Shown: positions 1-13,000 of the stretch, in pieces
Position numbering within the stretch: the first letter of the stretch is position 1
Layout of the letters: the number at the start of each line of letters is the position of its first letter
Assembly (NCBI GenBank): GCA_032718475.1
Contig: JAUCBJ010006724.1
Span: forward strand, 8,472 to 72,471
Reading direction: 5' to 3'
Origin: Nemertoderma westbladi
Lineage: Eukaryota > Animalia > Xenacoelomorpha
DNA length: 64,000 nt
Notes under the pieces: generated by a model
Told to the model about the DNA's origin: nothing
The model's input: the letters and a program-made list of their open reading frames with translations, nothing else
Database searches by the model: none
Made by a program: the position numbers and the translations under genes

Positions 1-1956
1 TTAGGTATGTCAAGCTCTTCACTAATAAAAATTTCACGCGATGTAAATATAATAAATAGATTATATAAGAGCGTTCAAAAGTTGCATGTCACTGTAACGG
101 AATGGAGCAGGTTATAGTAACAGTGACAAACAAATGGAACCAAAAGAAAACTATCACTACTACAGTACCAGCAGTACCAGTACGATTCGAGAGTAAAGGT
201 TTAGGTGATTTATTAAATATGTTATTGGCAATTGAATTAAAGAGACAGAGTGTGCTACGTACGGTCGCGGTTGTATGAAACTACGAAAGTTCCTATGTAA
301 CAAACTTCGCCCGCGTTTGAACTTAAGTAATTAATTACCGGTACCTAATACTTAAACAAAAACTCAAGTTCGTGTAGTTGACTATGAAACTGTAACCTGT
401 AAAGCCCATGGCGACGGACATTGTCAATACTGCTAACTTTGAAGGTCGATTTCACTTGGTTGCTATGGTATTTTCAAAAAAACTAAATATGCCATTCACT
501 TCATCATATCAAAAATATTAATCTTCAATAAATTTTAACTCATCATATCTATAGATATACTATAAGAGCTGTTGCTATGGCAGTTTCCTCCGTTGCTATG
601 TTTAAGACCCTCTTAAAAACCAGCTCAACCTTTTGGTGAAGTCTACCCAATTTGTTTATAATGTCCGATATCAGTACTAAACATCTAGATGGTGTGGCTC
701 AGTCGTATAAAAACACTCACGGGGTCATAGGCTGGAGCCTGTATTACATATAGAAACACCTAGATTTATAAACATTGAGGCAGAAAACAACAGTTGGACA
801 TTTTTTTACCTACGAAATTAAACATCATGATTACTGAAATATTTCCGTTGCTATGTTAACCCGAGCGGGTTTTATAAATTGCAGAAATAGATAACAATTC
901 AACCAGTGTGTATAAGTGTGGAACAATTCAACCAGTGTGTACGTACACTGCGTTGTACCGGTACTGGACTAGACTTTGAATGATACAGACTGAACTCTGA
1001 AACTGTAAGCTTGACGATGAGTATGGTCACCATACTATGGTGTGGCATTCAAGGCGATAAAAGCTCTGTTAGATGGAAACCACAACGAGTCTAAACGACA
1101 AAACGAAGTTTGGACTTCGTCGTCTTCATTCGAAGTTTATTGGACATCAGTCTTCCATTCCGGCTTTATTTAGACTCGGCAACCTTGTTCTCGGGTTTAC
1201 TATTACTCCATGTGCCAGTGCCATCTGCCATGTTTATGTTCAACCGATAATTTTTCGCCGCCACATCATCGTGACGCCGCCTTCAGGTAGTCGGAATAGT
1301 TCATATGAGTAGTTTAGTCTAGTACAGTAGTGCCGGTACACGCAGTGCATTCTACTGAAGTAGGTACCGGTTCTGGCTATATTGTTATCAATTCTGAGAT
1401 TTAAAACTCCTTAAAGTTTAAAACTCCTGGCAACGAACGGTACGGCTACGGTAGTTAATTATAGGTAGTTATGTCGTTTACTTTTGAATTTTCGCTGAAA
1501 AAGTATAAAAAAATACAGCAAACCATAGTTTCTGTCTCATTTTTGATAAATCTATGTGTTTCTAGATGTTTCGGGCCTTTATCAAACTCGGTGTTTATTC
1601 TAGCTGTAGCGTTTCCAGGTATTATTAAGTACGTTTGATTGAACGACCATTCAGCCATTAATTATCTAATGTCAGGATTGTTTGGCTAGTGTCGTTCAAA
1701 TGTACTAATACCCTGTTTCCAGGTGTTTCCAGCCATTTTCCAGGGTTTTCAGCTTTTCAGTACATACCAAGGACTACTCTACCATTGCAGGTGCAGCCAT
1801 ATACAGGTATAAGCAACAGTCTGACAGTGCTTACCCGTAATATATGAACGCAGAATACACTACACTGAATAATGACAATCACAAATATAGGCCTACAGCT
1901 GTACAGACCTGCAGACTGACAGACGTCAGGTAGGCTATGGGTTCAGGACTTAATGC

Positions 1957-2112
1957 AACTGACACATACAGACATATGGAATCAGCATGCGGATGCATCA
2001 TCGACCAATCAAAATTGCTAATCATCCCCTTCTATTTCCTTAGAAATTGGAGCCCTCCTATTGGCTTGTTTAGTCTTACTCTCAAGATTTGTGGTTTTCA
2101 AGCAATGTTAGA
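1957..2112. repeat. ~155-bp repeat, inverted relative to 7851-8004
   Basis: Reverse complement aligns to 7851-8004 with small indels (tctaacattgcttgaaaaccac...agccaataggagggctcc...gatgatgcatcc...tatgtgtcagtt). Confidence 0.85.
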
Positions 2113-2329
2113 CTATCTTTCTTATAAGGTTTACTCTGAGGCACCCCCCCCCCCCCCCCCTCCCTCCCTCCCTCCACCCACCTACAGCTGCCAGTTGTCT
2201 ATTGACTCTGCTGGCCTTGGAGTTACTCAACTTAGGGAAAATATCATATTCATACAACTTATCGATTCATTCCATTGTTTTTATTTCAATGCTGCTACTT
2301 TTTAAATGCTTAAATGATAGTATATTTCT

Positions 2330-3176
2330 AGTGTCGGAATACACCACATAACAAATAAATAATATAAATATAGATATATTAATTTATACATTATGTAAAA
2401 ACAATAACAAATACACCAAACAATGTACCGGTATAAAGGTATTGTCCAACATAAGAATTATCCCTAAAGCTTTGCAGCTTATTTCCAAGGGGGTCCTTTA
2501 TGTTACTTGGTTACAAATACAATATTACACTACGCTAACCTAAAACCAATATAAAACGTAATTACTCTATGTACATGTACAACTTTACCAAGAGCGTGAC
2601 AATGTCCGACTCAACGATAAAGATGTAATGTACAGAATAATTTATTACAAAACGTAATTCAGTAATTACAGTATAAATAGTAAATAATTAATAAACTAAT
2701 AACTTACTGTAGGACTATTGTACCTATTTTTACATTGCACACGGAGGTGAGATTTAACTGCAGATTTAAAAGAATGTTGATTATCTAGGTTTTTAATTTC
2801 ATTAGGCAGAGCGTTCCAATTTTTAATACCGTTAAAAAATAAAGTATCAGATTCAAAGTATTTACAATTCGGGAGGTAGAAGTTTGAAGCACTAGCTCTG
2901 GTACTGTAAGAGTGTATCGCGTACTCTGTTGAATTTTTGTTTTAGGTAATTGGGACACTTACCATTATACACTTTATGCACATGGTTAAGGCGTAGCTGC
3001 TTAACTCTACTTCCTAAGTTAAGTAGTCCATCTTCAGAAAATTCAGCTGGAGTTAGGTGGTGCCTAGGTTTGTAGTCTTTAATAAATCGTACTACTTTAT
3101 TCTGAGCTACTTGTAATTTACATTTAAGCTGTTTGGTTAAGCCTACATACCAAGAAGAGCATGCATGCATAGTCCA
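2330..3176 (-). mobile_element. 5'-truncated L2/CR1-group LINE fragment (ORF2 C-terminus and 3' UTR)
   Basis: Reads DYAC..SSWYVGLT..KLQVAQNKVVRFI..RLNHVHKVYNGKCPNYL and, after a frameshift, GIKNWNALPNEIK..FKSAVKSHL. A second copy lies at 37066-37375. Ends approximate. Confidence 0.85.
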
Positions 3177-3434
3177 TGTGCCACTGTATTAAAGAAGAGC
3201 AATGTAACTGGAGAGGATATAAAATGCAGGGGCTGAAGCTTGACGCAAATCCCATCTCGGCAAATTAATATCTTGTCTCGGTGAATTAAGACTGTTATAT
3301 CAATTAGATAACTGTTAATATTTTAATTGCGCCGAGTTTGGCAGGATAAAAACTGATTAAATAATTATATACACAATACACAATGAAATAAAATAATGAT
3401 ACAATCATATACTATTGAATTAATAATTAAAAAG

Positions 3435-6200
3435 TTATGTGTTGGCCCATTGCAAGAGAGTTCTTTTGTTATTTAAACAATGTAGGAGGTGGTAGATCAT
3501 GGCTGTCTGGCCGCATAACTCGCATCGGGAGTAGTCTCCTGGTTGGTGGAAGGTTTTCGTACGGCACACGGCGTGGTGGAAACCGTGGATAGAGAACCTT
3601 GTCACCACGTGTCTCTGTGGTTCATTTGCGCCTGCCCATTTTCGGTTGGCGAACGCCATCGAGTTCCAGAATTCTTTGGGGATTTTGCTAATTTTTGTGT
3701 TGACAATGTCCGATATTTCTGAAATTCACAGGTTTGAGGCAAATGTAGCTCAACAGCCAGCTGTGAAACTTGGGTCTTCTCGCCGCATAGCGCCAGAACG
3801 AGCCAGTTGTGGGTCGTTTTATGTAGCCCCAGGACCCGTTTGATCTATGTGGCTTTAATTTTATCTAGTGTGTGCATGTTGTTTGCTGAGAGAAATGGCC
3901 ATATTTCGCGGAAACAATACGTTATTGTCGGTTGGACTTTTAATTTACATAATTTTGTAGCGGTTTCAACTGAGAGTAGTTGGGGTTTCTTAATATTATG
4001 GATAACTGTGATGGCTTTACAGATAATCAATGTAGTATGCTTTGTAAATGACAATGACGACTGCAATGTAATCCCAAGATATTTATAAGAGTTTGTCATT
4101 GGTACCATATTCCCATTGTATATGGATTTATCAGCTGCGCTCAGACGACCGCCTCGGCGAAACTTAATTATAGCAGTTTTCTTTAAGTTGACCCGGAGCC
4201 CGTTTTCTGAGGCCCATCGCGCTAAGGCATCCAGTCCCAACTGAATGGCCTCTCTGGAGTCGCTGTAGAACAGCAGATCGTCGGCGAATAGGAGGATGAT
4301 TAATTCTCCAACCCATCGGGCTACTCCAGTGATATATAGTACGATATCCCATATGAATATAATCAATAATAGGGGGCTTAGCGAGTCACCTTGAGGTACT
4401 CCTCGGGTTTGTTTAATAGTCTTAGATAGCCGTAGCCCGTCTGAAACTCGCATAAAACTGGTTGACAATATCGCTTTAATGAGTCGATATAGATTCCTCT
4501 TAATATTGAAGTGGTTTTTCAATTTAAAAAGTAACCTTGATCTGGGCACCGTGTCGAATGCCTTCCTGAAGTCCACGAACACCGCTTATAGTGGTTTTCG
4601 CGGAGTAGCCAGGTTATTGAATATCCGGTTTACTAGCTGTGCTATTGGCATCTTAGTGGATCGACCAGGCAGGAAACCAAACTGTTCCGCCAGGATACGG
4701 TGAATTACAAGAGCCCGTAGTCAGTTCGCTACAAGACTAGTTAGTACCTTATACGCATTACAGAGCAGAGCAATACCTCTATAGCAGTCTGGATCGTGTC
4801 AGGAACCTGACCCCTTGAAGAGGACCTTGATGATGCTGTGTTTCCAGCTATTAACAAGTGCACCCAACACCAGGCAGATATTGAATAAAGTAGTCCATAG
4901 AGTATGGTTAATAGAATGGCTGCCTGCAAGAGTTCATATGGAAGTTGGTCCGGACCCCCTTACTTACCAGCTGGTTTGGTGTTGAACGCAGCAGCGACTT
5001 CCTCGACCGAAAACTACGGGATGTCATCACCCGATTCGTCGCCCGAGTCCCGAGTCTAGTGGAATTTCCGAGGATGCCTCTGATTGGAGTACGTCCTCGA
5101 AGTGGCTCTCCCACTTTTCTAGAGGAACTGGACAGTTGGTCGATGTATTCAATTTCTTTGTCCCTTTGTAGGGTTTAGTTTCCGCGTCTGTTATTAGCTT
5201 CTTCTCGGTTTGTAAGGCAAAGTCATTCTGCTTAACTTTCAGCATAGATTTATATTCCCGCTTGCATTCGCATAGCCTCTGGGAGGCCGAGGGATCAGAT
5301 TTAACCGTTGCGTGGAGTGCGAGCACCTACCGTCGTTTAGAGTACCATTGCACATCGAACGAGGGTTTAGCGAAATGCGTCGTAGTTTTACGTAGGGGGG
5401 CGGCATCTTTAATAGCGCCTGAGAGCGATTTATACGCTTCACCGATGCGGTTCTCCCGCAGTAAATTATTTGTATGATTAAGGCGATAGTTAGATTGTAG
5501 CTTTGGAATGTGGATTTCCCGTTTTCAGAGTGGTTGATTTCCGGCTAACAGGGGCTGAGGAGCTGTCCAGTTCCAGTTCCAGCTAGTTTTCACTGGTACA
5601 TGTTTCCTTAGACATCGCGGTTTGTAGTTTATTGTCTGGACCGGTCTGTTAGAGTAAAATAGATCGATACCACTACTTCCGTTATGGCATATGTATGTTG
5701 GTACCTTGCGATTATTTTGTAGCGATAGACCGATATCGTCCATTAGTTCCTCAAGGGCTGTGGTTTTGATATTGTCCGCAATGTCGACCCGCGCATTAAA
5801 GTCTCCACCAATGACGACAGGGCCTCCAAAATTATCAGGAATTTGATCGGTAACAGTCAAAACGCCGACAATGAAATCCTCAAGGGCTGTTTGAGGGGGA
5901 AAGTAACAGCAAGAAAATAAACCGAAGTCTGTGCTAACAGTTACACCAGAAGAGTCCATATGGATTAGGTTTGGGTTTAGATGCGGTTTAACCGCAATTG
6001 TTATTCCACCGATGGGCCGACCTCGACCTATTGGTTTTGTAGCTGGTATAGTATCCGGTAATATCTACCTTTTTGTCTGAAGTTGCCAACGCTTCCGTAA
6101 ACATCAGGATGTCGCTGTCGAAGACCGTGTCGTTGTGAGAGAGTCCCAGGACTGATTGTAAACCTTCAACATTCCATAGAATGGCACACAATGTTACCCG
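3435..6200 (-). pseudogene. LINE ORF2 (endonuclease-reverse transcriptase), fragmented
   Basis: EN motifs ILWNVEGL, IGGDFNAR, SGIDLFYS; RT motifs FVDFRKAFDTV, GVPQGDSLSPLL, LFADD, YKYLG; terminal CELC..YHLLHC. Confidence 0.9.
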
Positions 6201-6253
6201 ATGTTGGCGTTATTGGAGAGGCCCTAGTGGTCGGTGCTGCTGGTGTTGCAACC

Positions 6254-7195
6254 TTAATTGAAATTGAAGAAGTTTGGTCCTCGGTCAGTAGTCAGTTCAA
6301 ATTCCCGACACATGTTCCCTGCACTGAGGTTTTGTTGCAGCTTTAGGTTCGCCCTTTCTGCTTGACTAAGGTATTGTCTTGTAATAGTTGCACCCTTGGG
6401 CCAATTTCCTGGTGTATATATTGCTTCCCGGGATTCATCATTTGGGCAAACCACATGAAACGTCGCATAGTTTGGTCGCAGAGTGGCATCGTTGTCAGTA
6501 GCAGGAAGGAGATTAAACACATGATCCACGGCGATATTTCTCCCTGCAAGATGTGTTTTGACCATTTCCACCGAAGTGTCAGGTTGGAGACGGCTGATGC
6601 GGATATGAAATCATGGCGAGAGCTGAGCCACCGCTTTCAAAGTACTGGGTTGGGTTGTCCCCTCCGGACTAGATTCTTTATTTGTTCCTGTCGCTACGAC
6701 AATAGGCTGTCTGCTCTTATGTCGTTGCGTGACCCACCCCGAGTCTACTTCGCGTCCTGGTTCCAGTGTAGAAGCAACCCGCTGTGGTTTGGTGGGGTCC
6801 ACAGTTGGTGGAGGGACCCGAGTTGTCGACGAGGCGTCGACTACCGTTACCACCACACCCGCCTCAGGTACTGGTACCGTCCGACCTGACGGTACTCTGG
6901 CGGGTTTTGTTTCCTTCAGTGTAGCCGCAGCGCATCCTCCTCCGGATCCCCAGGGTGAATGTTGCACTGTGTGACTATAGCGCATCGGTTGGTTTTCATT
7001 TGTCCGTCTGAGACACTGGAGAAGTTCGCTTTTCGCAGTAATTATATCCTCCCCTGCGTCACTCAGCTTACCCAGAACGATTGTGTATTTCGATGTCATT
7101 GTCATAACCCACTCAGTCATTTGTTTGTCGTCTTCCTGGTTGACGGATTTCTTCTGCTTTATTGTCTTTAGTAGCCCAAGTATATTGTCTTGCAA
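6254..7195 (-). pseudogene. LINE ORF1, interrupted
   Basis: Two consecutive ORFs (6611-7195, 6254-6571) directly upstream of EN: a helical N-terminus and a TFHV..IYTPGNWPKGATITR motif resembling LINE ORF1 C-termini. Confidence 0.65.
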
Positions 7196-7850
7196 CTCTA
7201 TAAATTATTCGGCCATAATCGATCACAGTTTAAAATTGTTTTAGTTTAATCATACAATATCAAGCAGGTGTAGGGATCTATAGTACAGGTTCTCTGTTTA
7301 TTTTTATTTTTAATGAGCAATATTCAATTTGGTGCCCCAGCAAAGCCTCCTGTAGTGTTGCTATTATATTTCGAATACTTACTATATATCGAATTGTATA
7401 CGTGATATATGTAGATTAAAGGTATCGCGAATGCAGTTATAAATTAGATAACTGGAAAGGCTTGGCCAATGCGACCTTGGCTTGGCCCACGGTGACGTCA
7501 ACTGTACAGTACCGGTATACTTTTAGTTGTCAAATTGTAACTTCCATAAAAAAACACATTTTATACTATACGTGAAGTTCCCCTGTGGTACAAAAACAAA
7601 ATGCCGTCAATTAAATTAAATCTTCATCCATTTACCCATGGGGATGGAAGAACCATGTCTGGCTTCAAAGGTAGATTGTTAAGATTAACATCAGATAACT
7701 GTCTGATGTATACAGTAGCATACTAATCCAGACACTAAAATCTCTAAACCTCACTTTTAACCATTCTGTCTGAATAGGCCTAACACCCAATATTTTAAAG
7801 CATTGCTAAACAGGCCAATAGAAGGGTCCAAATTACAGTACTATTCAAAC

Positions 7851-8004
7851 TCTAACATTGCTTGAAAACCACATCTTAAGAGTAAGACTAAACATAAACA
7901 AGCCAATAGGAGGGCTCCGACAATTTCTAAGGAAATAGAGTGGGATGATAAGCAATTTGGATTGGTTGATGATGCATCCACATGCGGATTCCTATGTGTC
8001 AGTT
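7851..8004. repeat. Inverted partner of 1957-2112
   Basis: Direct sequence comparison. Confidence 0.85.
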
Positions 8005-8094
8005 TAACGCACACTGGCAGCGGGTCCTACTAATTACCCCAACCTACCCCAACCTACCACAAACTACCACAATCTACCCCAATAATTCGATACA

Positions 8095-8602
8095 GGCATC
8101 TAATTACCACAATATTATTTTACAATGGCATCTAATTACCACAATATACAGAACTCAAGTGTCTATTTACCACAAGACTAACTGCGCATCTAATTACCAC
8201 AATATACAGAACGCAAGTGTCTAATTACCACAATACTATACAGCGTCTAATTACCACAATATACAGAACGCGAGTGTCTAATTACCACAACACTATACTG
8301 CGCCGAATTACCACAATATACAGAATGAAAGTATCTATTTACCACAACACTACACTGCATCTAATTACCACAATATACAGAACCCAAGTGTCTATTTACC
8401 ACACGACTATACTGCGTCTAATTACCACAAGACTATACTGCGTCTAATTACCACAATCTATTTACGAACAAGACTACACTGCACACTGCATCTAATTACC
8501 ACAATATGATTTTATAATGGCATCTAATTACCACAATATACAGAACGCAAGTGTCTATTTACCACAAGACTATACTGCGTCTAATTACCACAACACTATA
8601 CT
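8095..8602 (+). repeat. Left-arm satellite, core TCTAATTACCACAA
   Basis: Alternating ~24/32/33-bp units share a 14-bp core. Confidence 0.95.
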
Positions 8603-8856
8603 GTGTTTTACATTCATGAAGAACCCAAAAAACGGTGCCAAGCCCGTATAAATGCAGAGGCTCATCTATCAACCACGCTACTTTACACATATATGATATA
8701 CAATGGACATCATTATGTATAAAGTATCGCTTTATCATTTAATTCCTAATAAAAATAATCTTAGTTCATATAAATCAATTATTGGGGCACAATTTTAGTA
8801 TATTACAGTATATCCATAATGAAATCAGTTTATTTCATTTAGTAATAAGTTCTTAG

Positions 8857-9213
8857 GTAGGTGAGTCTGTCGGTAGGTTAGTTGGTTAGTCTGTCGGTTG
8901 GTCAGTCTGTCATTCAATCTGTCGGTCAGTCTGTTGGTCAGTCTGTCGGTGAGTCTGTCGGTAGGTGAGTTAGTTAGTCTATCGTTCAGTCGGTCAGTTG
9001 GTCAGTCTGCCCGTCAGTCTCTCGGTCGGTTGGTCAGTTTGTCAGTCAGTGTGTCGGTCGGTCAGTTTATTTGTCAGTGGGTCAGTCGGATGGTCAGTCT
9101 GTCGGTCGGTTGATCAGTCTGTCGGTCAGTCGGTTGGTTGGTCAGACTGTGGGTGGGTCTGTCAGTGTGTACCATCTTAAGTTAGATAGACGGTTGGTCA
9201 GTTTGGCTGACTG
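8857..9213. repeat. Degenerate tetranucleotide microsatellite (GTCG/GTCA/GTCT/GTTG)
   Basis: Visible 4-bp periodicity. Confidence 0.9.
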
Positions 9214-9221
9214 AAAATAAA

Positions 9222-9538
9222 TCATCTTTGTATTATGTGGGTGCGCTCGCTTTTGGGACGTTTGCGTTGTTGGGGTTTTTTTGCAGTTCCTTTTCTTCTA
9301 GGCATCGTGAATATTTTATCTTTTGAAAATATTACTTCGGATTCCCCTTTAGGTTCACCAGATCCACTACATGGTAGTCGCTTATGGATAAAGTCCATTA
9401 CCAGCTTATCTTTTTGGGCTTCAGTTTTCTGCAACCAGACGTTGCGAGAAACTCTAAACTTTTGAAATTTATTGAACAAAACGTAATTACCTGTACCATA
9501 TAGGGCTCGCCTAAGGTCACTCATTTGTACGTGTAAAA
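9222..9538 (-). pseudogene. Possible C-terminal remnant of the foldback element's transposase
   Basis: QMSDLRRALYGTGNYVL..FRVSRNVW followed by a basic NLS-like tail (KKPQQRKRPKSER), abutting the inner inverted repeat. The MULE-like resemblance is from memory only. Confidence 0.45.
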
Positions 9539-10047
9539 TAGCGTGGTTGATAGATGAGCCTCTGCATTTATACGGGCTTGGCACCGTTTTTTGTGTTCTT
9601 CATGAATGTAAAACACAAAAAGCTGCATTACTGTAATTATTTTTCGTATAATCGTATAATTGTTTCCCCGTTGTGGCAACTATAACATCCTGTTGATATA
9701 ACTCCGTATTCCACCGTTTGGGTCCGTTTGGATTTTTAGTCCTACCCGTGATTAGACACTTGAGTTCTGTATATTGTGGTAATTAGACGTTAGTGAAGTT
9801 TTGCGGTAATTAGACACTGAATATTAATAACTACCGTACTGTATATCTTGAATTCTTGAAGTATTCTTGAGTAGATCCAAATGCGACTGTCCGCTGTGAA
9901 GGTAGTAGAGTTACCTAAAAGTACACCAGTACCAGTCCCTAAGCCTACAACATAACGGAATTGCTGTCTGACTGTCAGACTTTCTGACGCCACTAGATTT
10001 TTGCTTAGTTTCGGGTTCGTTTGGGGATTCACGTGGGGTTTTTTGGA

Positions 10048-13000
10048 ATGGTTTGTTGCGGCTGTAGCAACTCCAAGTCGGGGCGCCGCTGCCAGAGATG
10101 CGTCTGTGCCGTAGAGGGTCGGCAATGTTCGAGTTGTGCTCCCGGGAGGAACGGAAACTGCGCGAACGGTGGTCAAACGTCTTCCTCGCAGCCGCTACCT
10201 TCCACCTACGGCGCTATCCCTGTAGCATCTGAGGGCTCTCTCTCACAGCCAGTTGATAGCGGAACCCCAGACTCGGGCGACGAAGGGGACGACGATGACA
10301 CGGATTGGCACGACACCTTGGTGGACTTCGACACAACCTTAACTGAGTCTACCTCAAATGAGGCGATAACTCCATTCAAACCAAATCAAGCCAGCGTTGT
10401 CGACCCCCTGGTTGACCCAGCATCCGTTGTCGGCCCCCTGGTTCCCCCAGCGTCCGTTGTTGGCCCCCTGGTTCCCCCAGCGCCCGTTGTCGGCCCCCTG
10501 GTTCCCCCAGCGTCCGTTGTCGACCTCCTGGTTCCCTCAGCGCCCGTTGTCGGCCCCCTGGTTCCCCCAGCGCCCGTTGTAGGCCTCTTGGCTCCCCCGG
10601 CGTCTGGGATTAGCCCCTTGGTTCCCCCAACTGGTTCATCAGTGGGGCCAGCGCCGCTAGCAGGGCCTTCTTGTGTCACCGGTTCAACAGAGGTTACCTG
10701 GGCACATGTTAAATTACCCAAACAGCATATCGAGAAGTCTATCGCGGATGCTTATGGTGTTATAGTTCACTGGCGGCCCAACCTATTCCTAGTGCCTCAG
10801 GGGGCTGGGGGGCGGGCTTTCGTTGCGGAAATGTGTCGAATCTTGATTCTAGCCACCACCAACAACGTGCTGCAGGAAGTTTCTCTTACCGCATTGTTGT
10901 TGATGCCGGCGCTGTTGCTTCAGAAGCCTGGACGTTCATCAACGACGGCGATACACAGACGAATTCTAGAACGTAGACTAGAATCTTGGAAAGCGGGTAA
11001 TTTCAATGAGCTACTTATTGAGGCCCGGGCGATTCAGTCGCATCTTCCCAAGTTAAGACAATTCGAGTCACAGGAGGTTATGCGCCAGAAAACGTTCGTC
11101 AGACATATGTTGACAGGGAATGTGTCTGCGGCGACGCGATGTCTCCGCGACCTGACTAGAGGCAAACCGCTCCGCCTGGACGATACGTTTACCGACAAGG
11201 ACGGGGTAACAAAGGTAGTCCGCGATGTCCTGCGTGAGAAACACCCCGCTGCGAAACCCGCGGATGAGTCAGTTTTACTGACAGAGTTTGATCGCGCGCC
11301 GGAGTTCCACAACGTTGTGTTCGAACGACTGGATGGTCCATGCATCCAGTCATGTTTACTTCGGATGAAGGGAAACGCGGCGGGCCCATCTGGCCTGGAC
11401 GTTCAGGGGTGGAAACACCTTCTGACAAGGTTTCGCAATCCGTCGGCTGAGCTGTGCGAGAGAATCGCTGACCTGGCAAAGCGTCTAGCCCAGGTTGTTG
11501 TCCCCCCCGGGTCGCTGTCTGCGTTGCTCTCGTCTCGTCTGTTGGCCCTCGACAAGAACCCGGGGGTCCGCCCAATCGGGATAGGCGAGGTGCTCCGGCG
11601 GGTAATCGGAAAGGCGACGGTGCTGTGTATCAGTCCAGATTTACAGGCCGTCGGCGGATCTGTCCAGATGTGTCTTGGACAGAAAGCGGGAATCGAACAC
11701 GCGATACACAGTTTAAACAATTCCTTTGCCTCTGAGGACTGCGACGGCATATTACAGATCGACGCTACCAACGCATTTAATGTGTTAAACCGCAGCGCAG
11801 TGTTGCATAACATCGGTTTAGTCTGTCCGGCGCTGCACACGATAGTAACTAATTGTTACAGCGAACCAGTGCGGCTATTCGTCGGCGGGGAAACCCTCTA
11901 CTCGGAGGAGGGTTCCACCCAAGGAGACCCGGTGGCGATGCCGATGTTTGGCTGCGGTATAACGCCGCTCCTTGACGAACTGGACCGCGGGTGCGACGTG
12001 GAACAGAAGTGGTATGCGGACGATGGGAACGCGGGGGGCCGACTGGGAGAACTCAGGAAGTTCTTTGATATCGCGTGTTCAAGGGGACCATTGTACGGGT
12101 ACTACCCGTCGAAGTGTGTCCTGACTGTAAAGCCGGATAAGTTAGTGGAGGCGGAAGCGTTGTTTGCGAACACCATTGTCACAATTGATACGACGGGCAA
12201 CAAGCTACTCGGCGGCGTTATCGGTACCGAGGAATTTTGTTCCAGCTACGTCGAGGAGAAAGTCGATGAGTTCGCGGAGGAAGTCGATCGACTCGCCGAG
12301 ATTGCCGCGGTGGACCCCCACTGCGCGTACGCCGGTTTGGCGTTCGGGCTCTCCTGCAGGTGGAGGTTCCTAACCCGCGTCATCCCCAACGCAACGGAGC
12401 ACTTCGGGAAGCTGGAGGAGACGTTGCAGCGGTTCATCGCCAAACTGCTCGACAGGCCGTCGCTATCGGCGGTTGAACGCCAACTAGTCTCCCTCCCAAC
12501 TCGGGATGGCGGATTGGGTATCCCGGTTCCTTCCGACTTGGAGACGCAGTATGACCACTCGCGCCGAGTCTGTGAACCGTTCGCAGATGCGGAGTCGATG
12601 GCAGCGGTGCGGACTGAACAGAGACGGATCGTGATCGAGGTGAAGGCGGAGTCCATAACATCGTCTCGTACTAAAAGGGAACAAGTTTACGCCCAGTTAC
12701 CCACAGACCAACGCAAACTGTGTGAACTCACAACAGAAAAAGGTGCGTCAGCTTGGTTAAACTCCAAGCCACTAACCCTACAAGTTACTCACCTGAGTAA
12801 AGAAGAGTTCCGGGATGCGGTGTGTCTCCGCTACGGTTGGTGTCCGAAGAATCTACCATCTCGTTGTGCCTGTGGGGCGCGATTTTCTGCAACCCACGTC
12901 CTGTCATGCCCAACTGGAGGTTTCCCCTCCATCAGGCACAATGAGATACGTGATTTCGTCGCCAACTCGCTCACTGAGGTCGCCTACAGCGTTGCTGTTG

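Larger units (their letters stand above)
3380..7300 (-). mobile_element. Decayed two-ORF APE-endonuclease LINE (clade uncertain, possibly RTEX-like)
   Basis: Collinear ORF1, EN, RT and C-terminal Cys/His fragments, broken by stops and frameshifts. Ends approximate. Confidence 0.85.

Noticed and set aside
400-860. Four GTTGCTATG motifs suggesting a transposon end or RFX-like sites
   Set aside because: No TIR pair, TSD or linked gene could be identified.
7982-9180. ORFs over the satellite and GTCN microsatellite (also 14499-14824)
   Set aside because: Translation artefacts of repeats.
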